From Fonticula alba ATCC 38817 (lineage: Eukaryota > Protista > Nucleariida), in NCBI GenBank assembly GCA_000388065.2, contig KB932207.1: DNA of 19,333 nt; one strand, given 5' to 3'. Position 1 is the first letter of the stretch. Each line of letters begins with the position of its first letter. The position numbers and the translations under genes are program-made. The notes beneath the pieces are model-generated. The model did no database searches, was not told where the DNA came from, and worked only from the letters and a program-made list of their open reading frames with translations. This document shows, one piece after another, positions 1 through 10,293 of this stretch.

Positions 1-3000
1 GCGGAGGCACTTTCGGCCCAGCGAGCTGCCCTCGTGGCTGAGCACGATGCGGCCACTGCCTCTCTCGAGGCCCAGCAGGCGGAAGCTCGTTCGGCCTTGC
101 GCGACACCCTCACCGCCGAGCATGATGCGGCCATGGACACACTGACGGCCACCCACACCCAGGCGCTGGCCGCCTTGCGTGCCAGCCTGGAAGCCGAGCG
201 CCAATCCTCGCTCGAAGCCCTGGCTGCTACCCATGCTGCCGAGGTGGCCACTGTCCAGAGTGCCCTGGAGGCCAGGCACAAGGATGCCCTTGGGGAGCTT
301 GAGGCCTCGCATGCTGAGGCCACGGCCCTCCTGCGCAGTGCCCTGGAGGATGAGCATGCGGTGGCCTTGGCCGAGGCTCTCCAAGAGCGGCAGGCTGCCC
401 TGCGCGCCCAGCAGGACACTCTCGAGGCTGCCCATGCCCAGGCCCTGGCCGCTCTCGAGGCTGCCCATGCCGAGGCCCTGGCCGCCATGCGACATGCCAT
501 GGACGCCGAACGGCGCGCGGCCTTGAGTGAGCAGAGTACCTCGCATGCGGCCGCCCACGACCGGCTGGAGGCCGCGCATGCCGACGCCCTGAGCACCTTG
601 CGCCATGCGCTGGAGAGCGAGCGCGCCACCGCCCTGGCCGACCTGGAGGCCATTCATGTGGACGCGCTGGCCAGCCTGCGCCAGTCGCTTGAGGCTCAGC
701 AGCAGAATGCCCTGATCGACCTGGCTTCCAGCCATGCCGAGGCCCTTTCCCTGCTGGAAAGCACCCTGCATGCCGAGCACACCGAGGCCCTGCTGTCTCT
801 GCAGTCCAGTCTGGAGGCCGAGCGAGATGATGCGCTGGTTGTGCTCCAGACGGCCCTCGATGCCCAGCACCGTGCCGACATGGCCGAGCTGGAGACCAAG
901 CATGCTGACGCCATGGCGGCCCTGCGCGAGGCCCTGGGCGCCGAGCATGCCCTTGCCTTGGCCGCCCTTGAGACCGAGCATGCCGCCAGTGTGGCTCACA
1001 TGCGTGCTACCCTGGGGGCCGAGCACGACGAGGCCCTGTCCTCGCTCCAAAGTGCCCTGGAGACCACGCACGCCGGTGCCCTGGCGGCCCTGCGGGAGTC
1101 CCTTGAGGCCGAGCATCGGGATGCCCTTTCGGGCCTGGAGGCCTCGCACGCCGAGGCCCTCGCATCGCTCGAGGCCACGCTGGATGCCGACCACCAGGCA
1201 TCTGCCCAGGCTCTGGCCGCCACCCATGCCGAGGAGCTGGCCGACCTGCGGGCAAACCTCGAGGCCGATCGTGACAGCTCGCTGGCCGCCCTGCAAGCCA
1301 CCTTCGACGAGGCGCATGCCGAGGAGCTGGCCACCATGCAAGCCGGGCATCTGGAGCAATTGGCCGCCCTGCAGGCCAGCCTGGCCGCCGAGCACCAGGA
1401 AGCCCTTGCCAAGCTCGAGGCCTCCCATGGGCAGGCGCTGGATGCCCTTCGGGCGGCCTTCGAGGCCGAGCGCGCCACGGCCACCACCAGCCTGAAGACC
1501 AACCAAGAGGAGGCCCTGGCCTCCCTGCGGGCCAGCCTGACCGCCGAGCATGAGGCCGCTCTTTCGCAACTCCGTGCCTCGCACGTCGAAGAGTGGGTCT
1601 CCTTCCGGCAGGCCCTGACGCTGGAGCACGATGCCACGGTGGCCGCCCTGAAGCGGGAGCAAAATGCCGCGCTGCTGGCCCTGGACCAGGCGTCCTGCGT
1701 GGCCCTGGTGAGCGGGGTTGTCGGGGCCGTCCGGCGGACCCGGGCAGGCTCGGCCCGGCGGCACACCGCGGCCCTGGGCCAGGCGCTGGCCCGGGCTCAC
1801 AACCAACGGGCCACGGATCTCCGTGCCCTGGGCTCTCACGCGGAGACGGCCCTCGGCGGGTTGGCTGCCATGGTCGGCTCGTCGCTGGCTGCTCTGGGCC
1901 GAAGGCTGCTCGGGCACCTTGGCCGGCTGGAGGCCCGGACTGGCCGGGTGGAGGAGCTGCTGGCCGGGCTGATGGATCGGGAGGTCCGCCTGCGCGAGGA
2001 GGTGGCCCGGCTGCGTGGCAGTCGGACCAAGCTCCTGGCGGCCGGGCGCCGAGCGGCCAACGACCTTGCCATGCACCTGGATGTGGTGGGCGCGTTGCAG
2101 CTGAAGGCCGCGGCGGCGATGGCCGAGCGACAGCAGCAGCGTCTTGCCCGGCGCCAGGCGGCCCTGCGCCAAGCGCGCGCCGAATCGCAAGAGCTCACGC
2201 GCCTGGTGGGGTCTCTGCGCCAGGAGGCGCTGGATCTCTCGTGCCACTCGAATCCCAACCAGAAAATCCAGCGTTTTGCCGAGGTCCGCCGGCGATCGGA
2301 CGAGCAGGCCGCCGAGATCAAGCACCTGCAGCTGGAATTGGCCGAGCTCCGGCTCTTCCGGCAGCAGCATGACTGGTGTGGCACGTCGGCGGCGGCCGGC
2401 CCCGGGGGCCTGCAGCGCCTGTCGGGCTCCCTGCCGGCAACCGGCCAGGGGCCCGAGTTGTCGGTCGATGTCTCCATCCTCAAGCGCCCTCGGTCGGGAT
2501 CTCTTTCCGACGGCTCGGAGCATGGGGGTGCCCTCACCCCAACCCGGTCACGGGCTTTCTTCCCTGCCGCCAGCGAGGCCCCCGCTGCCGGTCCCATCCT
2601 CAGCTCTGCTGAGTCTCAGAACGCGCCTCCGTCCCTGGTGCTGGCCGAGCGTGGGGCCAATTCGGTGCCGGTGCCGGTGTCGGTGCCGGTGCCGGTGTCG
2701 GTGCCGGTGCCGGCTGGGCCGGCCGGCCCGGCCCCAAGCTCGCCGAACACCCCGACCCAGCGGCGAACCATGCCAGCAAGTCTGTCGGCGCGCAAGCGCC
2801 CGGCCATGGCCGCCGGCCTGGACGCCGTTGTCAGCATGCCGCCGACCTTGAAGGCCCTGCAACCGGCGGCCGGCCGCGCCGGCGCCGGTCTGGCCTTTGT
2901 GGATCTGACCGACTCGCTGGATGATCATGTTCCCGAGCCATTGGACGCCGGGGCGCCGCTGTGGCACTCACCACCACAGGGCCCCCCCCCGCAGCAGAAC

Positions 3001-3873
3001 CCCACCGCTGTCCGGCACTTCACCACGTCCGAGCGGATGTCGGCCTTTGGCCGGCACAGGCTCCGCGGAACGGGTACCAGTGCGCCAGCTCCGGTCGGGC
3101 GATTGAGCTCCGGCGGGGGCGACGTCCCTGCCTATGGTGCCCCCTCGACACAGCACTCTGCACCGGTAGCGGCGGCAGCGGCGGCGGCGGCGGCGGCAGC
3201 CGTGCCCCCGGCCGTGCCCCCGGCCGTGCCCCCGGCCGTGTCCCCGGCCGCCCCTGGTGGCCTATCACGTCCTGCCCAGGCAGCGCCCCCTCCCGTGCCG
3301 TATGTCGCGCCGCCGTCTGGGCAGCCCGTTCATCGGCCCGGTGCCGCGGCAGCCAGCGTCCTTCAGAATATCCGGCGGCATTTGCCCTCACGCGGCGGCG
3401 GCGCGCCCCCCGCCCAGCCGTTGCCCGTGCAGCCAACACCCTATTCATACCTCGGGGCAGATCTCGCTCCGGCGGAGCGTGACCGGCCGCGACCGCCGAC
3501 TGGCGGCTATGAGCGGGGCTCCGGGCCTCCGCCAGCGCCAGCCACGCAGCCGGTGCCAGTTGCCGCGGCGCCCTCGACCGTGACCACCAGCCTCCCGGCC
3601 TCCGGCGGGGTTCGTCGGCCGCCACTTCCGATGGCCCTGTCGACCGCGCGGCATGGCAGCGTCGCCGGAGCGCCCCCGGGCCCCGGCTCCCAGCCACACC
3701 GGCCGCTGTTCAACCTTCGTCAGCCCCCCTCGCAGGCGCAGGCGCAGGCGCAGGCGCAGGCGCAGACGCAGACGCAGGCGCAGCCACAGCCCCATTCACA
3801 TGCGCCCCCTCCGGCGACCCCACATACCCCTCCGCGGCAGTCTGGCCCACCCAACGGCCAGTTCCGCTGGTAG
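1..3873 (+). CDS. 5'-partial large coiled-coil protein (>=1290 aa in window): 11/15-residue repeat stalk, HMMR/KIF15-like C-terminal motif, long Pro/Ala/Gly/Ser-rich tail
   Basis: Frame 1 is open from base 1 (AEALSAQRAALVAEH...) to TAG at 3871-3873, so the true start lies upstream and the GTG start at 34 in the ORF track is arbitrary. Third positions are strongly GC-rich, and the repeats diverge at the DNA level while keeping the amino-acid pattern. No intron-like C/CT tracts occur inside. The motif LSCHSNPNQKIQ is at 2236-2271. Coding status is well supported; identity is tentative. Confidence 0.85.
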   Translation, partial: AEALSAQRAALVAEHDAATASLEAQQAEARSALRDTLTAEHDAAMDTLTATHTQALAALRASLEAERQSSLEALAATHAAEVATVQSALEARHKDALGELEASHAEATALLRSALEDEHAVALAEALQERQAALRAQQDTLEAAHAQALAALEAAHAEALAAMRHAMDAERRAALSEQSTSHAAAHDRLEAAHADALSTLRHALESERATALADLEAIHVDALASLRQSLEAQQQNALIDLASSHAEALSLLESTLHAEHTEALLSLQSSLEAERDDALVVLQTALDAQHRADMAELETKHADAMAALREALGAEHALALAALETEHAASVAHMRATLGAEHDEALSSLQSALETTHAGALAALRESLEAEHRDALSGLEASHAEALASLEATLDADHQASAQALAATHAEELADLRANLEADRDSSLAALQATFDEAHAEELATMQAGHLEQLAALQASLAAEHQEALAKLEASHGQALDALRAAFEAERATATTSLKTNQEEALASLRASLTAEHEAALSQLRASHVEEWVSFRQALTLEHDATVAALKREQNAALLALDQASCVALVSGVVGAVRRTRAGSARRHTAALGQALARAHNQRATDLRALGSHAETALGGLAAMVGSSLAALGRRLLGHLGRLEARTGRVEELLAGLMDREVRLREEVARLRGSRTKLLAAGRRAANDLAMHLDVVGALQLKAAAAMAERQQQRLARRQAALRQARAESQELTRLVGSLRQEALDLSCHSNPNQKIQRFAEVRRRSDEQAAEIKHLQLELAELRLFRQQHDWCGTSAAAGPGGLQRLSGSLPATGQGPELSVDVSILKRPRSGSLSDGSEHGGALTPTRSRAFFPAASEAPAAGPILSSAESQNAPPSLVLAERGANSVPVPVSVPVPVSVPVPAGPAGPAPSSPNTPTQRRTMPASLSARKRPAMAAGLDAVVSMPPTLKALQPAAGRAGAGLAFVDLTDSLDDHVPEPLDAGAPLWHSPPQGPPPQQNPTAVRHFTTSERMSAFGRHRLRGTGTSAPAPVGRLSSGGGDVPAYGAPSTQHSAPVAAAAAAAAAAAVPPAVPPAVPPAVSPAAPGGLSRPAQAAPPPVPYVAPPSGQPVHRPGAAAASVLQNIRRHLPSRGGGAPPAQPLPVQPTPYSYLGADLAPAERDRPRPPTGGYERGSGPPPAPATQPVPVAAAPSTVTTSLPASGGVRRPPLPMALSTARHGSVAGAPPGPGSQPHRPLFNLRQPPSQAQAQAQAQAQTQTQAQPQPHSHAPPPATPHTPPRQSGPPNGQFRW
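19..1680 (+). repeat. Coding tandem repeat of 11-aa (LxxxHxxALxx) and 15-aa (LRxxLxxEHxxALxx) units
   Basis: Manual parse: bases 64-1680 give 41 contiguous units (19 x 11 aa + 22 x 15 aa = 539 aa) with no leftover residues, plus one more 15-mer at 19-63. Confidence 0.9.
2662..2712 (+). repeat. Coding GTGCCG/GTGTCG hexamer repeat (SVPVPVSVPVPVSVPVP)
   Basis: Directly visible tandem hexamers in the tail of the first ORF. Confidence 0.85.
3199..3246 (+). repeat. Coding 12-bp repeat GCCGTGCCCCCG x4 (AVPP), preceded by a poly-Ala run
   Basis: Three perfect copies and one variant (GCCGTGTCCCCG). Confidence 0.85.
3733..3792 (+). repeat. Coding CAGGCG/CAGACG hexamer repeat (QAQAQAQAQAQTQTQAQPQP)
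   Basis: Directly visible near the 3' end of the first ORF. Confidence 0.85.
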
Positions 3874-4252
3874 ACGCATGCCACATGCCAGACATGCGGA
3901 TCCCACTTCCTCGCACTATAGATTACGCGCTCCCTCACCCCCCCCCCTTGTGCTTGAGTGTTGCCCTTTCCCTTTTCCTGCTTTCCGCACATTGATCCGT
4001 GCATTTGACTGGCCAGGGGCCAGGTGGGAAGTCAACACTGTTGGGGATTTGTCTTATTGAGGGCGGGCCCGGGGGGCTCATTGCGGACGTGCGCGAGCGC
4101 GCACAATTGCCCGTGCGGGCAGGGGGAGGGGGCGAGGGAAAGGAAAAGAGAGGAGTGTTCCCCCCCCCTGCTGGCCTGTGAATTGAGGTGGAGAGGCGCG
4201 CGGGAGCTTCGCGGCCATGTAGGCGGCGAGGCAAGCGCCGAGGCAAGGGCGC

Positions 4253-7200
4253 TCAGCGTTCCCCGGCGCCGGAAAGGGCCAAGCGCGGGAGAACCGACTC
4301 AACCGGGGCCAGGGGAGGCTTCAGCGCGGGAAGGAAGTCTGAGAAACGCTCATCCACCGTGCGGCCGAAGATATCCGGCTCGCGGACACGGTAGATGCGC
4401 ACCAGCCAGCTGGATGAGGTGTACACCTCCTCCACCGAGGCGAGGGGCGTATCGCGGGAGATGGAGGAATGCGGCGCCACCATGCGCACGCGATCCTTCC
4501 CCACAGAGGTGCTGTAGAAGCGATGGTAGGACAGCTTGAACATGAGGGAATTGTACATGGTGGGCGAGGCGGTCTCATCAACCTGTGGGCCGGAGCGGGG
4601 CGGGGGGAGAAGGCCCGAGGTGGGAGAGGCACGACGTCAGAACGATCGAAGCGCGGCGGTGGGAAAGCAATCGCAGGGAGGCCAGCAGAGGAAAGGTCGC
4701 GGGGATGGGCCACCAAATGTCCGTGTGCGTGTGTGCGTGCGTGCGCGAGAGGGAGGGCAAAGGCAGGCCAGAGGGATTTGCGCACCTTGAACTGGCCGCG
4801 CGAGTTGAAGAAGGCCCGCTCGGTGACATCGCCCGGGTAGACGCCCTGCGCGATGCGGACCATCCAAAGGAACTTGTTGATGTCATCGCCGGAGTACCCG
4901 AGCAGGCCGCCGAAAACAACCAGCACATAATCCACGTCGTTCTGCACCATGACATCGAAGGCGTTCGCCTCGTCCATGGCGAAGGCCTTGCCGACCGTGG
5001 CGATGTGCGTATTGTTCCAGGTGTTGTTGTCCACGAGCACGGTGCTTTGAGACGGCCGGCGGCGGCGGCGGCGGCGGCGGGGGGAGGAGGGAAAGAAGGA
5101 AAGAGGCAAGTCAGTGGGCACCACAGACCACGCACAATGCCGGCAGCCGAGTGGGCTGACGGGTGGACATCAGGCGGGGGGGGGGGGGGGGGAGGGGAAG
5201 GAAAAGGAAGGCGCTGGCCGTACCGATTGGAGAAGCCACTGATCTGATACCCGTAGTCCCACCAGCTCATGATGCGGGCATCCTGGGGGGTGTTGTGACG
5301 CAGCCAGGAGTAGGACTCGCGGAAGTCGTCGATGATCATGCGACTGTCGCCGAGACTGGCCGACAGGACGACCGACGGGTTGGAGTACGAGGTGGAGGTG
5401 ACGAAAATGCAATGCAAGTGCAGGACCACCAGCACCAGGACCAGGGGCAAAAGCACTGACACGCGGTCAATCAGGCCCAGAGTGCCGGGGGGCGAGCCGG
5501 CGGCCGGGGCAGCGGCCGGGATGGTGGCTGCCTTGGTCGGGGTGGGCTCGGTCGTCGGTGTGGCCGACGCCTCGGCAGCCGCGGCCGCGGCCGGGACCGG
5601 CGTGCCGACGGCCGGGGGATGACCGGTCCCGGCCGGGGAGTCGGCCGGGCCGAAAACCCCCCCCAGGTAGTAGTCCAGCAGGTGGGACACGGCATAGCCG
5701 GACAGGACACACGCAATCGGGGCCAGGGTCAAGACCAGGCGAACCATGACCGCGCTGAAGTAGACCGCCGTCAGGCCATTGAGGATGGCAAAGACATGGG
5801 CATCGCCGAAGCGCCGGAAGCAGAGGAACAGGCCGACCGGGAAGAAGACGGTCTTCATGGATGGCGGGCGATCGGAGGAGAGGGGGGCCGCCGGAGGGTC
5901 AGGCGTCAAGGGGGGCGGGGGGCGGGGGGCGGGGGGCGGGGCAGGAGACTGGCTGGTGTACAGCCACATCGTCCTGCTATGAAAGTATATATACATGTGT
6001 GTGTGTGTGTGTGTGTGCGCGTGTGCGTGTGCGTGTGCATGTGCGTGTGCGTGTGTGTATGGGAGAGAGGGCGAGCGAGGGAGCCAGCCCGGGCAGGCGA
6101 CACACCATGAGGTTGAGGTCAAAGAAGAAGGACGTCCAGGTGGTGGGCTGATGCTCGCTGACCGAGGCCACGATGGGCAGGTGCACGCGGGCGTAGTTCG
6201 TGTCCCAGAGCGAGTAGAAGCGCCCGGCCCAGGGACGGATGAGATCCGTATCGCGGAGGACATACTGCGAGGCGGAGAAGAGTCAGCATGTAGGCGAGCG
6301 GCAAGTGCCAAAGCAGCATGAGGATGCCGGGGCCAAGCGCCTGGTTGTCGTGCGAGAGAGGGAGCGAGAGAGAGAGAGAAAGCGAGAGAGAGAGAGAGAG
6401 AGCGAGCGAGATGGAGGAGAGGAGGCCAACGCACCAGGGCCGAGGCACCGGCCACCAGGGCCGCCAGGCCGCCGGCCACCAGCAGCCGGCGGAAGGCCGC
6501 CGGGGACATGAGTCGGCGCAGGGTGTACAGTCCGGCGACCCCCTGCAGGAGAACAAACATGCCGAGGGCAGCCATGTGCTCGCTGGTCTTGACCGGCTGG
6601 AAGTTGACGAAGGGCACGGTCATGGAGGCCAGCGTGCCAAACACATAGAAGATGGAGTAGGCCGTGTGCAGGCGGCTGTTGAAGCGCCCCAGCAGGACCA
6701 TGGCCAGGACATGCAGCGGGATGAGGTTGGTGATGAACACGTAGCCGCCCCAGCTGGCCACCATGAACCAATAGGAGGCCACGCAGGCCAGGCTCCACAG
6801 GGTGGACCCGGTGCGCTGGGCCCGCAGCCACAGGAAGAAGGTCAACTGCAGGGCGAAGATGGCCACCGCCTCGTTGTCATAGGACCCGGCCACCGAGCGC
6901 GAGGAGTACCCCGGGGCAAGGGCTGCGAGCCAGGGGCCGAGTGTCAGACTGGCCGTGGGGGGGGGGCAGGGGCGGCGAAAGGCAGAAAGGGAGGGAGAAA
7001 AAAAAAGGGGCCCGGCGGGGGCGACGGAGGGGGAGGAGGCCCGGCGCACCGATGAAGGCCGCCGCGAAGAGGCCGGCGCGCTCGTCCTTCAGCTCGCGAG
7101 TGAAGAGGTAGGTGGACACGGCCGTGGCGCCGGAGAAGACCGGCGCCAGGAAGACGCAAATGTGGCGGATGTCCATCGGGATGTTGACAGCCTGGAGCAC

Positions 7201-7480
7201 GCGGTAGATGGACGCCGAAACCAGCATCAGCCCGGGGTAGACCGTGCCGCCGACCGCTCGACCCAGGGGATACCAGGCGAGGTGGTCGAACCTGTGGCCG
7301 GGGGGGGGGGGGGGGCCGGGGGCCCCGCAGGGCCGTGTCCCGTCCGATTGTTCCGATCGCCGCCCCCCCCCCGTTGTGTGTGTGTGGGGGGGGTGGCATG
7401 AGCGGGGGCTGGGGGTTGGGTGTTTGGATGTCGTGCGGCGGGGGCATGTTCCCCCCCGTCCCCCCGGGCATCTTCTTTGT

Positions 7481-7512
<32 letters not shown>

Positions 7513-7916
7513 GCGCGCGCGCGCGCGCGGAGAACAAGTGGCAAGGCAGGCCAGCGGAGGGTCAGGCTCGAGCAAGAGCAGAGGCACACGCACGAGCAGG
7601 GGCAGGAGCCTGGACCGGGCCCGAGAGGGCAGACGCACCAGTTGAGGAAGTCATCGAGCGAACTGTTGACCAGCATGCGCGTGGCGCGGTAGTTGAACCA
7701 CGGGTCAAACTCGTGGATGATGGACTCGAAGCGCACGACCGAGAAGAGCCGTGACCCGAAGGCCACCAGCCAGATGAGACCCAGGATAACCAGGCGCATG
7801 ACAAACAGCCGCGAGCGCTGGGCCTGCTCCTTTTGGCGCTGCAGGGCGGCTGACGCCTCATCGGGAAGGGTGGCAGCCGCGGCGGCCGGCTTCTGCTCCA
7901 TGGTGCTCGTGCTCAT
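4253..7916 (-). CDS. STT3: Oligosaccharyltransferase catalytic subunit STT3 (STT3B-like), 7 exons, ~794 aa
   Basis: Exons (minus strand): 7916-7639, 7291-7050, 6922-6435, 6264-6106, 5852-5224, 5044-4786, 4582-4253. Total 2385 nt, all GT-AG, phases consistent. Motifs: [90 protein letters not shown] and FYSLWDT match the STT3B type as I recall it. An alternative in-frame ATG is at 7901. Confidence 0.97.
5995..6058. repeat. (GT)n/(GC) mixed microsatellite in STT3 intron 4
   Basis: Alternating purine-pyrimidine tract visible directly; it causes the [14 protein letters not shown] spurious ORFs. Confidence 0.85.
7483..7528. repeat. G27 homopolymer abutting a perfect (GC)10 tract in STT3 intron 1
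   Basis: G run at 7483-7509, then GC dinucleotides at 7509-7528. Confidence 0.85.
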
Positions 7917-10293
7917 CGGGCGAAATGGAGGGGCAGGGGGGGAGGAGAGCAGGGAGGAGGCCCCTGTGCCGGGAGAGGGGAGAGCGTCCGGCGCCAGGCG
8001 AGCGGAGGGAGGAGGGATGCAAGCGTGGAGGAAAGGTGTGGGCTGGGTCGGGAGAGGGGGGGAGGTGCTGTGAAACTGGGGCGGCTGGGCGGTACTGTGG
8101 CCGGAAGCCGTGCCGGGGTAGCCCAAGAGCCGCGGCATTGCCACGCCTCGCCGGGAGGCCGGGCCAGGCGGGCCGAGAGATCCCGGCCGCGCTCGGAGGT
8201 CCGCGCGAGAAATGGCCCCCCCGCAAGCCCCCTTCGGCCCTCCCCCCCCCCCCCAATGCATCGGGTTTCCGGCTCTGCCGTCTCCGGGCGGCGGCATCTT
8301 GACACCCATCGGCGCCGGGGGCATCATCCTGCGCTCCGGCGGCGTCGAGCGGGAGCTGCGCAGGACGTGGGCGGGGGGGAGGGGGAGCCGGCGCCCGCTA
8401 GCCGGGGGGCGGGGGGCAGGGCGGGAGGGACCCATTTTTGTGTGGCCCGCCCCCTCGCATCACCGGCCTGCCATCGGGGCTTCGTTGGCACACGGTCGGG
8501 CGGCCCGATTGACCGGTCACGCGATGGGGGAGCCGAGATCACACGAGCACCGGGCCGACCACATCACGCCGGGATGACCGCGGCCCGGGGTGCCTATCTA
8601 CCGGCGAATGTCCCGGCGCCGGGCCGCCGCTGGTACGACTCGGGCTCCCCCCGGGGGGGGGGGGGGGCGCGAGGGGGCTCCCTGGTGCGGCTGGACCTGA
8701 ACGCGGACCGCACCAGGACGTTGGCTCAGGCGCCCTGGGCCAGAGTCGTCCACCACCCCCCTGGCCCCGAGCCCCGAGCCCCGAGCCTGGGCGTGTGTGT
8801 GTGTGTGTGTGCGCCTGCATGCGTGTGTCTGGCCGCGCGCGGAGTGCCACGACCGACGCCCTGCCCCATGACCCGAAATCACCGCCAGGTGTTTGTTGGT
8901 GGCCCGGGGGCGGGCCCCAGGCGTGCCCGTACCCCCGACCCCCCTCCCCGCCTCTGTCCCGCGGTGGGGGGCGGCCCGAGACGTGTGCGCACACGGCCCC
9001 TCCCGCACAGACCGGTGATGGCGCGGGAGGATGCGCCGGCCGGCGCGGGCCCACGACCGCGGGCCCCGCCAGCTGGCATTCCCCGGCCTTGGGGCGGCTG
9101 TTCTAAAATGCGCCCAAGTGTGGTGGTCCCAATTCCCTGCGTGTGTGTGTGTGTGTGTGTGTCTGTGTGGCCGTGCGTGGCCGTGGCCGGGTCCGGGCGG
9201 CGGCGGCGGCAGGGAGCCGTGCTCAGCGCGTCGGCCTTGGACGCGATCGGGATGCCCCTGCAGTTTGTTCGTCGGGTCGGCGTGGGTGCGCGCCGCCTGC
9301 CTGCGCTGACGCACCGCCCTCCGGGGCGCGCAAGGGGAGCCGGGAGTGGATGAGCGTCCTGGTCCGCCTACCCCGGGGAGGGGGGGGGGAATGGGAGCCC
9401 GACGACCGCCCGGCGGGGACGGGGGAGAGTGCGAGTTCGGGCGCGGGCCGACCGTTGGAGGGCGCTGCCCGTTCCTTCCCCCCGGCTGCCCGGGGGCGGC
9501 TGTTATTTGGCTGACTCACCCCGGGGTGCGGTTGCATGCGAATGGGGCGCTGATCGCCCCCCCCCCCCCCCTCCCCCTGGGAGCTATCTCCTCAGTTGTC
9601 CACAGAAGGATGGCCCGTCACGGCGTGTTCCCTCCCCAGCCGTAGTCCCCCGCCCCCCCCCCCCGCCCCCCGCGCCCTCTCCCTTGCCCCGGGGGTCATG
9701 CCGGCGCACTCGCCCTTTGGGGCCGAGCGGTTCGTGTGACCGTACCTTGTTGGCCCCCCCCCCCCCGCCCCCCGCCTTCCGACACGGCCGCTGGTCGGGG
9801 CGTGGGTGTGCCCCCCCGCCCCCCCGCCCCCCCGCCCCCCCGCCCCGACGCATGCCGTGCCTCGCCCCCCGCCCCCTCTCCGGCGGGTTGATGATCCCAG
9901 CAACCCCCCTCCCTCCCCCGCCCCCCGGAGAACGGGAAGAGAAGGGCCGACCGGCAGGCCGCGGGCGAAGTGTAAACACACGTACATGCACACATATACA
10001 CACGCACATCCCCAGGCGGCATTGGCCATAGTGCCGGGCCTTTTCTGGCGCCCCTTGCAGACCGATACCCTGAGGCGTCCCGACACCCCGCGACGCACCT
10101 CCGCCCTTTGTCCCCCTCCCCTCCTCCACCTCGATCTCCTCGCTTCCCACCCGTTCCCCCCCCCTCCCCGTCTCCGTCCCCCTCCACCTCGCCTCCCTCC
10201 CCCCCAGCGCCGGCCACCTCCCGCCCTCGCCTCTCGCCCGCCCTCGCCTCTCGCCCGCCCTCGCCTCTCGTCCACCCTCGCTCGCTCGCAGCC
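7917..10293. promoter_or_regulatory. Divergent intergenic region (probable 5' UTRs and promoters of STT3 and the Rab gene)
   Basis: Lies between two head-to-head start codons. The plus strand is G-rich next to STT3 and C-rich next to the Rab gene, matching the C-rich sense-strand bias of introns in this window. No specific promoter element identified. Confidence 0.35.
10222..10272 (+). repeat. 17-bp tandem repeat CGCCCTCGCCTCTCGCC x3 just upstream of the Rab ATG
   Basis: Copies start at 10222, 10239 and 10256 (the last has mismatches at its end). Confidence 0.8.

Noticed and set aside
2662-3792. Short direct-repeat arrays as CRISPR or mobile-element signatures
   Set aside because: No spacers, no cas or transposase ORF, no terminal inverted repeats; these are in-frame slippage repeats in a eukaryotic exon.
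5479-5664. Ala/Pro/Thr-rich insertion in STT3
   Set aside because: It falls in a cytosolic loop that is already variable and expanded in STT3B-type proteins; not novel by itself.
9286-9334. Possible 49-nt mini-intron (GTGCGC...CTGAC...AAG)
   Set aside because: Half the length of the shortest supported intron (95 nt), no convincing flanking exons, and these short motifs occur often by chance at this GC content.
8025-9353. 442-aa ORF on the plus strand in the divergent intergenic region
   Set aside because: R/G/P/A-rich, runs through G homopolymers and (GT)n tracts, has no recognisable motif and lacks the codon pattern of the real exons. A small hidden gene cannot be fully excluded without RNA-seq.
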